Counted from the stretch's first letter, positions 10,121 through 20,055 are shown. The stretch is DNA of 64,000 nt from an uncultured Gemmatimonadales bacterium (GCA_963707505.1 CAVPQB010000006.1:736001-800000), one strand, 5' to 3'. Numbers and translations are program-made. The notes: a model not told the origin generated them from the sequence alone.

Positions 10121-10690
10121 CTAGACTCTGAGCGAGCAGCGGAATCCCCGCGCGGCATAGTAGGACTCCGCGCCATTGTGGTACACGAAGACCATGTCGT
10201 AGCGGCGATCGCAGAACAGCGCACCTCCGAGCTTCCGGACGTTGTCGGGTGTCTGCACCCAGCTGGACGTGGTCGTATCGACCTTCTCCATCTCCTGCAG
10301 CCGCCGGTACTCGGCTGCCGTAAGAAGCGTCGCACCCATCGTGGTTGCCATTTCGACTGCGCTGTTCTTCGGCTTGTGCTCTTTCCGTGCCTCCAGCGCT
10401 TCGCGGTCGTAGCAGACGCTTCGGCGCCCCTTGGGGCTCTGCGCTGAACAATCCATGAATATCAGCTCGCTTGTAGCCGCATCGACATCGACTACGTCCG
10501 GTTCGCCTCCGGATTGCTCCATCTCGCTGAGCGACCAGAGTCTGGCGCTGTTGGACGCGAGTCTTGCCTGCACCGCGCTCCATTCGAGGCCGGCATGGCG
10601 GTGCATGTGCACTTCGAAGCGGGTCTTCAAAGTCTTGAGCAACTCGTCGCGTTGCTTCCCGGTAAGATCTTTCGCTTTTGGCATTTTCAT
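10121..10690 (-). CDS. DUF4256 domain protein
   Basis: DCSAQSPKGRRSVCYD, TSSWV, LGGALFCDRRY and YHNGAESYYAARGFR motifs. Confidence 0.9.
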   Translation of the reverse strand: MKMPKAKDLTGKQRDELLKTLKTRFEVHMHRHAGLEWSAVQARLASNSARLWSLSEMEQSGGEPDVVDVDAATSELIFMDCSAQSPKGRRSVCYDREALEARKEHKPKNSAVEMATTMGATLLTAAEYRRLQEMEKVDTTTSSWVQTPDNVRKLGGALFCDRRYDMVFVYHNGAESYYAARGFRCSLRV

Positions 10691-10743
10691 TCGCGTTGCG
10701 TTTGATGTCGGGACGGGTTCGAGATGTGCCGCCTTCGTCACGC

Positions 10744-10911
10744 TCAGAGGCGTTTCACGAACCGGAAGTAGAAGGCTGCGAATATCAGGACGATTCCTGC
10801 GTTTACCGCCAGCCGTTCCCAGAATCGGTTCCTGAAGAACGAGACATCGACTACTACGATCACAATTGCCATCAAAACTACGTAGAGTGCGCTGGCGGTC
10901 TGACTTTTCAC
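10744..10911 (-). CDS. Small two-TM membrane protein (55 aa), absent from the ORF track
   Basis: Hand translation MKSQTASALYVVLMAIVIVVVDVSFFRNRFWERLAVNAGIVLIFAAFYFRFVKRL*; GAAGGAGA RBS just upstream of the GTG; co-oriented between the VOC and DUF4256 genes. Confidence 0.75.
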   Translation of the reverse strand: MKSQTASALYVVLMAIVIVVVDVSFFRNRFWERLAVNAGIVLIFAAFYFRFVKRL

Positions 10912-10997
10912 TTCAGGTCTCCTTCGAGTGGTAGTCGCCCGCTGGCTGCTTCAGCGTCAGCCGAGTCGTGGATTCGGGCTGGTGCGGATTTCCCCCA

Positions 10998-11384
10998 TCA
11001 TTGACCGGCAGGCGGTTGCCAGAGTTCCACCTTGTTTCCTTCCGGATCGATGACCCAGGCAAATTTCCCGTACTCGGAATCGTCGATCTTGTCGAGAACG
11101 TTGCAGCCTTCTTCGCGTAAGACTTTGACCAGACCGTGGAGATCTTCCACGCGGTAATTGACCATGAAAGGTGCAGCACTGGGTGCAAACTGGTCGCTTT
11201 GCGCCGAAGCAATGGACCAGACGGTGGTCCCGGCAGCCGGCTTACCTTCACCATCGGTCCAGGTGAAAGCCGCGCCACCCCATTCCTGGACATCGATTCC
11301 AAGGTGCTGCTTGTACCATGCCTGCAATGCGGGTGCATCCTTCGCCTTGAAGAAGATGCCGCCAATGCCAGTGACTCGCTTCAT
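10998..11384 (-). CDS. VOC/glyoxalase family protein
   Basis: MKRVTGIGGIFFK...YGKFAWVIDPEGNKVELWQP. Confidence 0.92.
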   Translation of the reverse strand: MKRVTGIGGIFFKAKDAPALQAWYKQHLGIDVQEWGGAAFTWTDGEGKPAAGTTVWSIASAQSDQFAPSAAPFMVNYRVEDLHGLVKVLREEGCNVLDKIDDSEYGKFAWVIDPEGNKVELWQPPAGQ

Positions 11385-11495
11385 GGAACCTCCGACGACG
11401 GGTGGCGGGGGAGCGTGCGTTTTCAGCGGTTTAGCCCCAAGTTAACCAGTTCCCGCCAGATCGAATCATCCGTTCCTCTATCCTGTCCCGAAAAG

Positions 11496-12524
11496 ATGAT
11501 GACCAGCCGTCGACAATTCCTCCAGAGCTCACTACTCGCTACCGGTGCGCTTGCATTGCCGCGCACGATGCTGGCGGGCGACACAGTTTCGCGTCGTGCA
11601 GCAGGGGGCCGAGTGGTGTCGACCTGGGATTTTGGCGTCGGTGCGAATGCCGCTGCGTGGCCGGTGCTGGCGCGCAGCGGCGCGGCGCTCGACGCGGTCG
11701 AGGCCGGCGCGCGCTGGGCCGAATCGGATCTGTGCAACTCCACGGTCGGACACTGCGGTTACCCCGATCGCGATGGCGTGCTCACACTCGACGCCAGCAT
11801 CATGAACGGCGACGGCAGTTGCGGAGGCGTCGGCGCGATCGAGGACATCGAGCATCCGGTCTCGGTTGCGCGCGCGGTGATGGAAAAGACTCCGCACGTG
11901 CTGCTCGTTGCGGATGGCGCGCAGGAGTTCGCAGTATCGCAAGGCTTCGCGAAGAAGCCGCTGCTTACGGATGACGCGCGCAAGGCGTGGCGGGAATGGC
12001 TCAAGACGTCCGAGTACAAACCGAAGATGAATGTCGAGCGTACGGGTATTCCCGGCGACGAGCACAATCACGACACGCTGGGCATCCTTGCCCTCGATGC
12101 GCATGGCAAGCTCGCCGGTGCCTGCACCACCAGCGGCATGGCGTGGAAGATGCACGGCCGCGTCGGCGACAGTCCCATCATCGGTGCTGGTCTTTATGCC
12201 GACAACGAAGTCGGCGCCGCCACCGCGTCGGGCGTCGGCGAGGAGATGATCCGCAACTCGGCGAGCTTCCTCGTTGTTGAGTTGATGCGACAGGGCCGCT
12301 CACCAAGGGAAGCGTGCCGCGGAGCGATCGAGCGCGTCGTTCAGAAGCGACCGGCCGCGAGCAAGAATCTGCAGGTGTGCTTCCTCGCGATCAACAAACT
12401 CGGCGAGGTTGGTGCGTACGCACTGCATCCCGGATTCGTCTATGCAATGCACGATGCGACACCGGGACCGCACGACAAGCTGATCGCGGCCGAATCGGTC
12501 TACGGTGGCAGTGTCGTTCGGTGA
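11496..12524 (+). CDS. N(4)-(beta-N-acetylglucosaminyl)-L-asparaginase (glycosylasparaginase) with Tat signal
   Basis: SRRQFL Tat motif, HDTLG autocleavage Thr, GRVGDSPIIGAG, TLDASIM. Confidence 0.92.
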   Translation: MMTSRRQFLQSSLLATGALALPRTMLAGDTVSRRAAGGRVVSTWDFGVGANAAAWPVLARSGAALDAVEAGARWAESDLCNSTVGHCGYPDRDGVLTLDASIMNGDGSCGGVGAIEDIEHPVSVARAVMEKTPHVLLVADGAQEFAVSQGFAKKPLLTDDARKAWREWLKTSEYKPKMNVERTGIPGDEHNHDTLGILALDAHGKLAGACTTSGMAWKMHGRVGDSPIIGAGLYADNEVGAATASGVGEEMIRNSASFLVVELMRQGRSPREACRGAIERVVQKRPAASKNLQVCFLAINKLGEVGAYALHPGFVYAMHDATPGPHDKLIAAESVYGGSVVR

Positions 12525-13270
12525 TCCGGCCGGTGCTCGAGATCGCGGCCAACTCGCTGGGCTCTGCACTCGCTGCGCAGGAAGGTGGCGCCGATCGCAT
12601 CGAGCTGTGCGCTGACCTGGGCAACGGCGGCACGACGCCCTCCTACGGCACGCTCGCCATCACACGCGATCGGCTGCGCATTCCGCTGTATGCATTGATC
12701 CGCCCGCGCACTGGTGACTTCTGCTACGGCACAGACGACGTCGACGTGATGCTGCGCGACATCGAGATGTGCGCGAAATTGGGTTGCGACGGCGTGGTCA
12801 TCGGCGCACTCGACAGCCATGGGGATGTCGATGAAACAGTTTGCCGAGAGCTGATCGCCGCGGCAAATCCGCTCGGCGTCACCTTCCATCGCGCCTTCGA
12901 TGCCGCGCGCGACCAGGCGCGTGCGCTGGAAACGATAATCGAGCTGGGCTGCGAACGTGTATTGACGTCAGGCGGCCAAGCGACCGCGCTCGCCGGCGCA
13001 GAGCGCATCGCTGGATTCGTGAAGCAGGCCGGCTCGCGTCTCAACATGATGGCCGGCGCCGGTGTCGACGCCGGCAATATCCTCGACGTGGCCATCCTCA
13101 GCAATGCACGCGAATTCCACAGCTCGGCGAAAGCGGTGCGCAGATCGGTGAGCCATCATCGCAACGACCACCTGCCGGGACTGCACGCGGATTGGTGGCA
13201 GACCGACGTCGTCATCGTTCGCACAATGGTCGAGGCGTTGAGTCGTCACGAAGATCAGGGAACGGCGTGA
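12521..13270 (+). CDS. cutC: CutC family protein
   Basis: GADRIELC, GGTTPSYG, IRPRTGDF, TFHRAFD and RVLTSG motifs; the GTG start overlaps the asparaginase stop. Confidence 0.92.
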   Translation: MIRPVLEIAANSLGSALAAQEGGADRIELCADLGNGGTTPSYGTLAITRDRLRIPLYALIRPRTGDFCYGTDDVDVMLRDIEMCAKLGCDGVVIGALDSHGDVDETVCRELIAAANPLGVTFHRAFDAARDQARALETIIELGCERVLTSGGQATALAGAERIAGFVKQAGSRLNMMAGAGVDAGNILDVAILSNAREFHSSAKAVRRSVSHHRNDHLPGLHADWWQTDVVIVRTMVEALSRHEDQGTA

Positions 13271-13289
13271 GGAGTTGCGTCGGTAAGAT

Positions 13290-15971
13290 CTAGTTGTCGC
13301 GCAGTGCGCTGACCGGATCGAGCCGCGCCGCACGCCACGCCGGCAGCATCGCGGCGACGATCGCGACAATCGCCAGTGTGGCAGCCGACAACACTATCGT
13401 CGCAGGATCGGATGGCTTCACGCCATACAGGAACGCAGACACGAGCCGCGTCACGCTGAGTGTGAGCAGTGTTCCGATTATCACGCCGACGCCGACGATG
13501 CGCCCGACTTCGCTCATCACCATGTGGATCACGCGACCCTGCGTTGCACCGAGCGCTATTCGCACACCAATCTCGTTCCGGCGGCGCGCCACGGTGTATG
13601 ACATGATGCCGTACAAACCGATCGTCGCCAGCAACAGTGCAAGCACACCGAAAAAACCGGCCAGCGTCGCGAGCGTCCGCGGAAGCATTAACGATTCCGC
13701 GACCTGACGATCCAGTGTCGTGAAATCGAGCGACGCGCGTGGAGCGATCTGCGCCACTGCCGCCTTGATGCCCGGAACTATCGCCGTCGTCGGCCCGACT
13801 GTGCGAATTTCAAAGTTGACGGAGAGTCCCGGATCGCTGTCCTGACCCATCGGTATGTAGGCGATGGGTTGCGGCGTTTCGCGCATCGATTCGTACTTTG
13901 CATTGCCAACGACGCCGACGATCTCGATGGGCGCGTCGAAATCATTGCCGTTGGCTACCTGGATGTGTTTTCCGATCGCGGAGCGGGCGCCAAATACTTT
14001 CTGCGCCAGTGCCTCGTTCACGATCGCAACCCTGGCCGAGCCGGGCACGTCAGTCGTATTGAAATCGCGTCCGGCGATCAACGCGGTTCCCATCGTCGAG
14101 AAATAACCGTCGCTCACCTCGTTCATCCACACCAGTCCGTCGTCACGCACAGCGGGTGTGTATCCGTCGGCCTTGATGTCGTTGTTCCATCCCGAGCCAC
14201 TGATCGGTGTAAGCTCGGATGCACTTGCCAGTCGAACGCCGGGAACGGCGCGCAACCGCTCGAGCATCTGGCGGCGCAGCGAACCGCGTTGCTCGGGCGA
14301 CGCGCTTTCGTTTCCACTGCGCCAGTCAGCTGCAAGGAGCAGTACGTGATCGCTCCTGAATCCCGGGTCCACTGTCGCAAGACGTTTCCAGCTGCCAAGC
14401 AGCAAAACCGCGCCGACGACCAACAGCAGCGAGAGTGCGATCTGTGCGACGACGAGCGCCTTGCCGATCGAGAAGCGCGAATGCCCGTCCGCGACTCCGC
14501 GTGCCTGTGACTTCATGGCGTTGTGCGGAGCGACTCGGCACGCGCGCCACGCTGGCGCGAGCCCGAACAGTATGCCCGTCGCCATTGCGACGGCGGCGGT
14601 GAATGCAAGAACGGGCAGATCGAGCGACAGATCGAGTGCGACCGTATTGCCGGACGTCGACATCAGCCGCACGAGCAGACGACTGCCCCAGATGGCGAAG
14701 AATATGCCTACCGCAGCGCCCATGAATGCCAGCAATACGCTCTCCGTGAGCAACTGACGAATCAGTCGCGCGGGCCTGGCGCCGAGTGCGAGCCGGACCG
14801 CGATCTCGTGCTGGCGTTTTGTTGCGCGCGCGAGCAACAGGTTGGCGACGTTCGCACACGCGATGAGAAGCACGATGCCGACGACAGTCATCAGCACGAA
14901 CAGGGCCTTGCGAAACGTCGTTCGCAGATCCGAAAATCCTGTCGCGACACTCGCGACTTCCATGTGCGCCTTCCGGTAGCGTGATACGGCATCGGCCGGC
15001 CATTTGGGCGGCAGCGTCGCTTCTATCAGGCCTGGCATCAGCATCTGGAGCCGCGCGCTGGCCTGCGCGGGAGTTACACTCGCCTTCCGCCGCCCGACGA
15101 TATGCAGGTACCAGGTGCTCCGTGCATCGATCCACTTGTCGTTGCCGTTCATGATGGTCTTTGCACAGAGCGGCGTGTAGATCTGTGCATGCGATCCAAC
15201 ATCGAGGCCGAAGAACGCCGGATCGATCACGCCAACGATCTGAAACGGGTGGCCGTCGAGACTGACGGTCCTGCCAATGACGGCTTCGCTGCCACCGTAT
15301 TCCGTCTGCCAGAATGAACTGCTGATCGCCGCGACCGCCGGACAGCCACGCACGTCGTCGGCTGGCAGCAACGTGCGGCCGATGACTGCGCGAACGCCAA
15401 GTGTGGAGAAATACGCGCCACTGACCCAGTTCGCGTAAACGTTCCGAACCTGACCTCCGTTGGCGAGGTTGAACTGGGTGGGACCGTACGCGAATGTTCC
15501 GGCGAACACGTCCTGGTGATCGCGGACGTATTCCCAGATTGGATTGGTAGCCGTCTTGCTGCTATCGCGGAGCACTACCATCAGCTCCTCGGGATGACGC
15601 ACCGGCAACGACTTGAGCATCACCGCGTTGATGAGCGAGAAGATCGCGGTGTTCGCGCCGATGCCGAGCGCCAGCGATAGAATCGCGACGATGGTGAACG
15701 CGGGCGCTGCGCGTAGCGTGCGCAGTGCGTAGCGCAGGTCGCCGAGCACTGTTTCGAGCCACCGGAAGACGTCGCGATCGCGCGTGCTCTCCTTCTGCAA
15801 TCCGTAATTGCCGAATTGTCGTCGCGCCTCGCGTCGAGCCGCATCGGGCTTCATGCCGTGCGCTACCAGGTCGTCGATTCGCTCGGCGAGGTGGAACGAC
15901 AACTCACGATCGAGATCGTCGGAGAGGCGATTTGGAAGAACGACGTTGCGGATGCGGGCGAACCAGGACAT
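13290..15971 (-). CDS. Duplicated ABC-type permease (ADOP / MacB-FtsX family)
   Basis: LALGIGANTAIFS, LLIACANVANLLLAR, EIGVRIALGA and AARLDP motifs; lies downstream of PadR. Confidence 0.93.
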   Translation of the reverse strand: MSWFARIRNVVLPNRLSDDLDRELSFHLAERIDDLVAHGMKPDAARREARRQFGNYGLQKESTRDRDVFRWLETVLGDLRYALRTLRAAPAFTIVAILSLALGIGANTAIFSLINAVMLKSLPVRHPEELMVVLRDSSKTATNPIWEYVRDHQDVFAGTFAYGPTQFNLANGGQVRNVYANWVSGAYFSTLGVRAVIGRTLLPADDVRGCPAVAAISSSFWQTEYGGSEAVIGRTVSLDGHPFQIVGVIDPAFFGLDVGSHAQIYTPLCAKTIMNGNDKWIDARSTWYLHIVGRRKASVTPAQASARLQMLMPGLIEATLPPKWPADAVSRYRKAHMEVASVATGFSDLRTTFRKALFVLMTVVGIVLLIACANVANLLLARATKRQHEIAVRLALGARPARLIRQLLTESVLLAFMGAAVGIFFAIWGSRLLVRLMSTSGNTVALDLSLDLPVLAFTAAVAMATGILFGLAPAWRACRVAPHNAMKSQARGVADGHSRFSIGKALVVAQIALSLLLVVGAVLLLGSWKRLATVDPGFRSDHVLLLAADWRSGNESASPEQRGSLRRQMLERLRAVPGVRLASASELTPISGSGWNNDIKADGYTPAVRDDGLVWMNEVSDGYFSTMGTALIAGRDFNTTDVPGSARVAIVNEALAQKVFGARSAIGKHIQVANGNDFDAPIEIVGVVGNAKYESMRETPQPIAYIPMGQDSDPGLSVNFEIRTVGPTTAIVPGIKAAVAQIAPRASLDFTTLDRQVAESLMLPRTLATLAGFFGVLALLLATIGLYGIMSYTVARRRNEIGVRIALGATQGRVIHMVMSEVGRIVGVGVIIGTLLTLSVTRLVSAFLYGVKPSDPATIVLSAATLAIVAIVAAMLPAWRAARLDPVSALRDN

Positions 15972-16021
15972 GGACCGACTCTCCGGAAGCGGAACGACGA
16001 GCAACGATGATCGAACGGCGC

Positions 16022-16357
16022 TCAGGCGTAGCAGAGTACGCGCTGCACGCCGTCGCGCAGGCGCGCCCAGCTCTCTTGTTCGAGCTCGAGCTGCCGTCTG
16101 CCAGCAGCGGTGACGGAATAGAAGCGTGCCTGGCGATTCTTTTCCGTGATGCCCCACTCTGCGCGCAACCACCCGTCCTGCGCCATCCGGTGGAGCGCTG
16201 GATAGAGCGAGCCCTCTTCGACGCGCAGCAAGTCCGCCGACACGCGCTGGATATGTGCAGTGATGGCGTAGCCGTGCATGCGTCCCTGTGCGGCGATGGC
16301 CTTGAGGACGAGCAGTGCAAGCGTGCCCTGGAGGATATCGTTCTTGTTCTTCGGCAC
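16022..16357 (-). CDS. PadR-family transcriptional regulator
   Basis: LQGTL, HGYAI, VEEGSLYPALHR and NRQARFY motifs. Confidence 0.93.
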   Translation of the reverse strand: MPKNKNDILQGTLALLVLKAIAAQGRMHGYAITAHIQRVSADLLRVEEGSLYPALHRMAQDGWLRAEWGITEKNRQARFYSVTAAGRRQLELEQESWARLRDGVQRVLCYA

Positions 16358-16380
16358 GATACCTATTTAGCTAGGTATCG
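16357..16380. promoter_or_regulatory. Palindromic putative PadR autoregulatory operator
   Basis: CGATACCTA-tttagc-TAGGTATCG directly at the GTG start; minus-strand TTGACA just upstream. Confidence 0.6.
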
Positions 16381-16401
16381 TCGCCAGTGTCAAGGGATTT
16401 T

Positions 16402-16497
16402 GGGGTCAGGTCTTGCCCCGTGCGCGGTCAAAGCAACGCACGGTGTAGCGAAAGGCAGCAATGCCCGGGGGAGGCGCACGGGGCAAGACCTGACCCC
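16402..16497 (-). mobile_element. Family A element, internally deleted (96 bp), reversed relative to the long copies
   Basis: Perfect 24-bp TIRs GGGGTCAGGTCTTGCCCCGTGCGC / GCGCACGGGGCAAGACCTGACCCC; the interior matches the reverse complement of the left half of the 168-bp copies. Confidence 0.88.
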
Positions 16498-16598
16498 CAA
16501 AAAAACTTCTGGACGAGTTGTAGAATTCTGGTCCGGCCGTTCGTCGAGATAGTGAAGGCACGGATCAGAACGCGTGGAAAACCATTACAGGAGAAGAC

Positions 16599-16955
16599 AT
16601 GCCACAATATCTGGTTGCAATTCACCTCCCCGACAACTTCGACCCCTCCCAGGCGGACGAAGCGATGGCTCGGGATATCGATGTGCTCAACGAAGAGATG
16701 GATGCGGCTGGCGCCAGGTTTTTCGCCGGGGGCCTGGAACCGGCGCCCAGGGCGAAATCGCTGCGTGAGCAGCCAGGTGGCGAGGTGCTCATCACCGACG
16801 GGCCGTACCTCGAGGCCAAGGAGCACGTAGGCGGATTCTGGATCCTGGAAGCGGCCGACATGGACGAGGCACTCGCGTGGGGACGCAAAGCCGTCGTCGC
16901 GTGTCGGGCGCCGGTCGAGGTGCGAGCCTTCCAGCGGATCCGGCCGGACAGGTAA
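16599..16955 (+). CDS. YciI/DGPF family protein
   Basis: ITDGPYLEAKEHVGGFW and VEVR motifs. Confidence 0.92.
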   Translation: MPQYLVAIHLPDNFDPSQADEAMARDIDVLNEEMDAAGARFFAGGLEPAPRAKSLREQPGGEVLITDGPYLEAKEHVGGFWILEAADMDEALAWGRKAVVACRAPVEVRAFQRIRPDR

Positions 16956-16980
16956 GAATCCCATTCAGGAGGATACAATC

Positions 16981-17742
16981 GTGAGAAAGAAGGTTCGCGC
17001 AATCGGAATCAAAAGCTTTGCACCGCTGGTTGTGTTAGTCGTGCTCGGCACGGCGCACCAGGCGATGGCACAGAATGCCACAACACAGTATCCGAACATG
17101 GCCCCGATCGATCAGTACCTCATGCCGGATCAGAGCGCGGAGATCGCGCTGGCGCGAAGTGCAGCGCCGGAGTCCATTTCACGCGATGCGGAGGTACTGG
17201 TTCTTGGACGTCATGGATTCGAAACGGCAGTCAAGGGCAAGAACGGTTTCGTGTGTATCGTGGGGCGTGGCTGGTCATCTGCAGCGGATCCTGACTTCTG
17301 GAATCCGAAGGTGCGGGTCCCAATGTGTGTGAATGCGGCAGCCGCGCGTACCTACCTTCTACGCGTCACAAAAATCACCGATCTGGCCCTGGCGGGACGA
17401 CCGCTGGCTCAGGTGAACGACGCCATCGGCACCGCGGTCGCGAGGAAAGAACTGCCGCCGATGGAATCCGGGGCGATGTGTTACATGATGTCGAAACAAG
17501 GATACGGCGGCGATGCAGCGCCACACTGGCCTTCGCACCTCATGTTCTTCTATTCCGACACCGACCTCGCGATATGGGGAGCGAATCTGCCGGGTTCTCC
17601 CGTCATTGGCCTTGCGGATCCTGTGGAGCACCTGACGCAGTTCGTCATCACAACGCCACGGTGGTCCGATGGAACGGAAGATCTTCCGGCGACCGCAGGT
17701 CCCGCTGGGAGCACCGCGCCGCAACCTCATGTACATCCATGA
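16981..17742 (+). CDS. Secreted hypothetical protein
   Basis: CAGGAGG RBS and signal peptide; EIALARSAAP...GKNGFVC...MCYMMSK...HLMFF; function unknown. Confidence 0.75.
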   Translation: MRKKVRAIGIKSFAPLVVLVVLGTAHQAMAQNATTQYPNMAPIDQYLMPDQSAEIALARSAAPESISRDAEVLVLGRHGFETAVKGKNGFVCIVGRGWSSAADPDFWNPKVRVPMCVNAAAARTYLLRVTKITDLALAGRPLAQVNDAIGTAVARKELPPMESGAMCYMMSKQGYGGDAAPHWPSHLMFFYSDTDLAIWGANLPGSPVIGLADPVEHLTQFVITTPRWSDGTEDLPATAGPAGSTAPQPHVHP

Positions 17743-17749
17743 GAAATCC

Positions 17750-17944
17750 CAGGTTGGACCGACGCAACTTTATATAAGGCTCCTTGGAGCGGGAATGCCT
17801 GCGGAACTGTTTGTCGCTCCTGGCGGATATCATGGCTTCGACGTGTTCGCGCCGAATGCACGCTCGACCAGGCAGTTCACGCAAGCGTGGAATGAAGCAA
17901 TTCACCGTGCATTCCAACCGTGCATTCCAACAGTCGTGAAGTAG
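17750..17944 (+). pseudogene. C-terminal remnant of an HSL-like alpha/beta hydrolase
   Basis: YIRLLGAGMPAELFVAPGGYHGFD resembles the catalytic-His end of alpha/beta hydrolase-3 proteins; the N-terminal part is missing. Confidence 0.6.
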
Positions 17945-17986
17945 TGTGTGTTTTAATGCGTCTGTTTGCCTCGTAGCCAGATAACC

Positions 17987-19273
17987 ATGAGTGATGTCCA
18001 TAAGACGGTCGAGGCGGTATGGAAGATCGAGTCGACGCGGCTCATCGCCGCGATTGCCCGCGTCACCGGAGATATCGGCGTCGCAGAGGAGCTTGCTCAG
18101 GATGCTCTCGTCACTGCCCTCGAACTGTGGCCCGAGGAAGGCATCCCTGACAATCCTGGGGCATGGCTCATGAAGGCCGCGAAGCGACGCGCCATCGATT
18201 CCCTCCGGCGGAGCCGCATGCTGGTGCAAAAACACGAAGAAATTGCGCGCGAACTCGAGTGGCAACAGCAGCACCTTGCCGATGCACTGGAGCACTCATT
18301 GGACGAAGTTATCGACGACGACATCCTGCGCCTCATCTTTACCGCATGCCATCCGGTACTTCCGGTTGAAGCGCGCATTGCGCTTACACTACGTCTCGTC
18401 GGCGGCCTCACCACTGCGGAGATCGCCCGTGCCTTTCTTGTCCCCGAGAAGACGCTGGGTCAGCGGATCTTTCGCGCCAAGAAAACCCTCTCGGAAGCAA
18501 AGGTTCCCTTCGAGACACCGAGCGGGGACGAGTTGCGCCGCAGGGTAGAGTCCGTACTCATGGTGGTCTACCTGATCTTCAATGAGGGATACACCGCAAC
18601 GTCGGGCGGTGAATGGATGCGGGCGGCACTCTCCGAAGATGCGCTGCGCCTCGGCCGCATGTTGGCGCAACTTCTCCCCGCCGAATCTGAAGTCCATGCA
18701 CTTCTGGCGCTCATGGAATTGCAGGCTTCGCGTGCTGCAGCGCGCCGCGGCGAAAATGGTGAGGCAGTCTTGTTACCGGACCAGAACCGCTCGCTGTGGG
18801 ACCACGCGCAGATTCAGCGAGGACTGAGCTCGCTCGAACGCGCGCGGAAACTGGAGGGAGACGGCGGCGCCAAATACTATTCGTTGCAGGCAGCAATCGT
18901 GGCTTGTCACGCGCGTGTTCGTACAGCCGAAGAGACAGACTGGAACCAGATCGTCCTGCTCTACGATATCCTGATGCAGATCAGCCCATCTCCGATCGTG
19001 GCGCTTAATCGAGCGGTCGCCGTGGGTATGGCTCGAGGGCCGTCCGCCGGACTCGACGCACTCGATGCGGCGACCAGTCTCGCCGGCGACTCTGCGTTGG
19101 CTGGCTACCATCTCTTTCCGAGTGTTCGCGGCGACCTGCTCATGAAGCTGGGGAGGTTCGGCGAGGCGAGTGACGAAATCCAACGCGCAATCGCGATGAC
19201 AAAAAACCTTCGCGAGCAGGAATTGCTGACGGAACGGCTGAAGCGGATTGAGAAAGCCGCCTCGTCAGCCTAG
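17987..19273 (+). CDS. ECF sigma factor with C-terminal DUF6596/TPR extension (ECF42-like)
   Basis: AEELAQDALVTALELWP, LRLIFTACHPVL, YLIFNEGY and VALNRAVA motifs. Confidence 0.9.
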   Translation: MSDVHKTVEAVWKIESTRLIAAIARVTGDIGVAEELAQDALVTALELWPEEGIPDNPGAWLMKAAKRRAIDSLRRSRMLVQKHEEIARELEWQQQHLADALEHSLDEVIDDDILRLIFTACHPVLPVEARIALTLRLVGGLTTAEIARAFLVPEKTLGQRIFRAKKTLSEAKVPFETPSGDELRRRVESVLMVVYLIFNEGYTATSGGEWMRAALSEDALRLGRMLAQLLPAESEVHALLALMELQASRAAARRGENGEAVLLPDQNRSLWDHAQIQRGLSSLERARKLEGDGGAKYYSLQAAIVACHARVRTAEETDWNQIVLLYDILMQISPSPIVALNRAVAVGMARGPSAGLDALDAATSLAGDSALAGYHLFPSVRGDLLMKLGRFGEASDEIQRAIAMTKNLREQELLTERLKRIEKAASSA

Positions 19274-19308
19274 GAGCTCACGTTCGCCGGCTCAACGCGA
19301 TGTTACCC

Positions 19309-19330
19309 GCACGTGGCAAGAGCTGACTCC
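19309..19330. repeat. Degenerate family A right TIR (solo)
   Basis: GCACGTGGCAAGAGCTGACTCC vs consensus GCACGGGGCAAGACCTGACCCC (3 mismatches). Confidence 0.55.
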
Positions 19331-19389
19331 GTATGCACGATCCTGCATGCACTCGTCTCGTGATGTGATTCGCCCCAACTTCCAATAGC

Positions 19390-20055
19390 TCACTCTTCGT
19401 CAGGCGGCCATCCCAGCGCGCCCATCAGAGTTTCGCCGTCGGGAACCCGAATGCCTCCAAGCTGGTCGGGTCGCGGAAGGTGAAGGTAGTCATGTACTGC
19501 ATACTTGTAGTCGAGAGCAGTTTGCGCATGCTCGACAAGTCGCGCCGCTTGGTCGATGCGCTTCCGTGCGTTGCCCTCGGCCGACACGATCGCATCGAGC
19601 CACCTCGCAATGTTCAGATCGAGCGCGAGCAGAAGGGCGAAGCCGACACCGGCGCCGAGGAGCAGACTCTGCGTCAGGGATGATGCCAACGCCGCCGCCC
19701 CCAGGATCACTGCGACCGCAATTACGCCGCTGACAAGCGTGGTCCGCGGCCGAGATCGCATGGCGCGCAGCATCGGCGCCGCGAAGAAGAAGACCGCAAA
19801 TCCTGCCGCGGCATTCCCCGCCAGAGTCTGCGCGTAGCTGTCTGGTGGCGACCGGTACGCGGCGTACACGCATGCCACCGCCGCCGCGATGATGGCGGCT
19901 CGCACGCTCGTCAGTACGAGGAAGTAGCCGGGAAGCTTGCCTTGTTCCGTTGCTGCAATGCGAGTGCCCTCTCCAATCTGCGTCAGCCACGGCCCGTCGT
20001 CATCGTCATCAGGCTCGGGGTCAGGTGACTGCGCCGGTCGATTATCTGTCGCCAT
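19390..20055 (-). CDS. Hypothetical membrane protein
   Basis: GAGGGAGA RBS, about 4 hydrophobic helices, no recognised family. Confidence 0.65.
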   Translation of the reverse strand: MATDNRPAQSPDPEPDDDDDGPWLTQIGEGTRIAATEQGKLPGYFLVLTSVRAAIIAAAVACVYAAYRSPPDSYAQTLAGNAAAGFAVFFFAAPMLRAMRSRPRTTLVSGVIAVAVILGAAALASSLTQSLLLGAGVGFALLLALDLNIARWLDAIVSAEGNARKRIDQAARLVEHAQTALDYKYAVHDYLHLPRPDQLGGIRVPDGETLMGALGWPPDEE

